Origin: Candidatus Brocadia sp.
GTDB lineage: Bacteria; Planctomycetota; Brocadiia; Brocadiales; Brocadiaceae
Reading direction: 5' to 3'
DNA: 32,000 bases
Assembly: GCA_021650915.1 (NCBI GenBank)
Contig: CP091279.1
Span: 2,730,001 to 2,762,000, forward strand
The translations under genes were made by a program, and so were the position numbers. The first letter of the stretch is position 1. Every line of letters starts with the position of its first letter. Below, in pieces: positions 31,983 through 32,000 of the stretch. The notes under the pieces are model-generated. The model was not told the origin of the DNA. It saw only the letters and a list, made by a program, of their open reading frames with translations, and did no database searches.

Positions 31983-32000
31983 GTAGAGCGACGAGCCTCG
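31983..32000. repeat. second copy (truncated by the window end) of the GTAGAGCGACGAG.CTCG palindrome
   Basis: GTAGAGCGACGAGCCTCG matches 8475-8492 with one change at the palindrome centre. Confidence 0.5.

Overview
Bacterial chromosomal window. I recognised no rRNA, tRNA or CRISPR array. The flanks hold housekeeping and redox genes. Left flank: the 3' end of a sigma-54 activator, protoglobin plus ferredoxin, an SNF2 helicase/SWIM pair, a response regulator, a split multicopper oxidase, pcm, a selenocysteine-containing selD, a cytochrome c'-like lipoprotein and kbl. Right flank: an FAD-linked oxidase, smc and a radical-SAM activase. Between kbl and the FAD oxidase (about 12.36-24.99 kb) is an accessory region. 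Its core (13226-22462, minus strand) is a visibly AT-richer six-gene operon with tightly coupled genes and mostly no Shine-Dalgarno: vsr, dcm, a MORC/MutL-like GHKL ATPase, a Z1 P-loop protein, a PD-(D/E)XK protein and AIPR. This looks like a multi-component, methylation-linked defence system whose mechanism is, to my knowledge, uncharacterised, and it is the main finding. The core is bordered by decayed toxin-antitoxin genes, a duplicated vsr 5' end, an intact IS630-family element with TA target duplication, and several hairpin repeats. Other points of interest: an in-frame UGA (Sec) in selD that the ORF track truncates, a -1 frame break in the multicopper oxidase, decayed Phd/YefM-like antitoxin paralogs and MITE-like elements bracketing the SNF2/SWIM pair, a histone-H1-like lysine-rich tail on the SWIM protein, and at least four hairpin families sharing GT[AG]G heads (REP-like). 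All calls come from reading the translations and sequence by eye. No database search was run.
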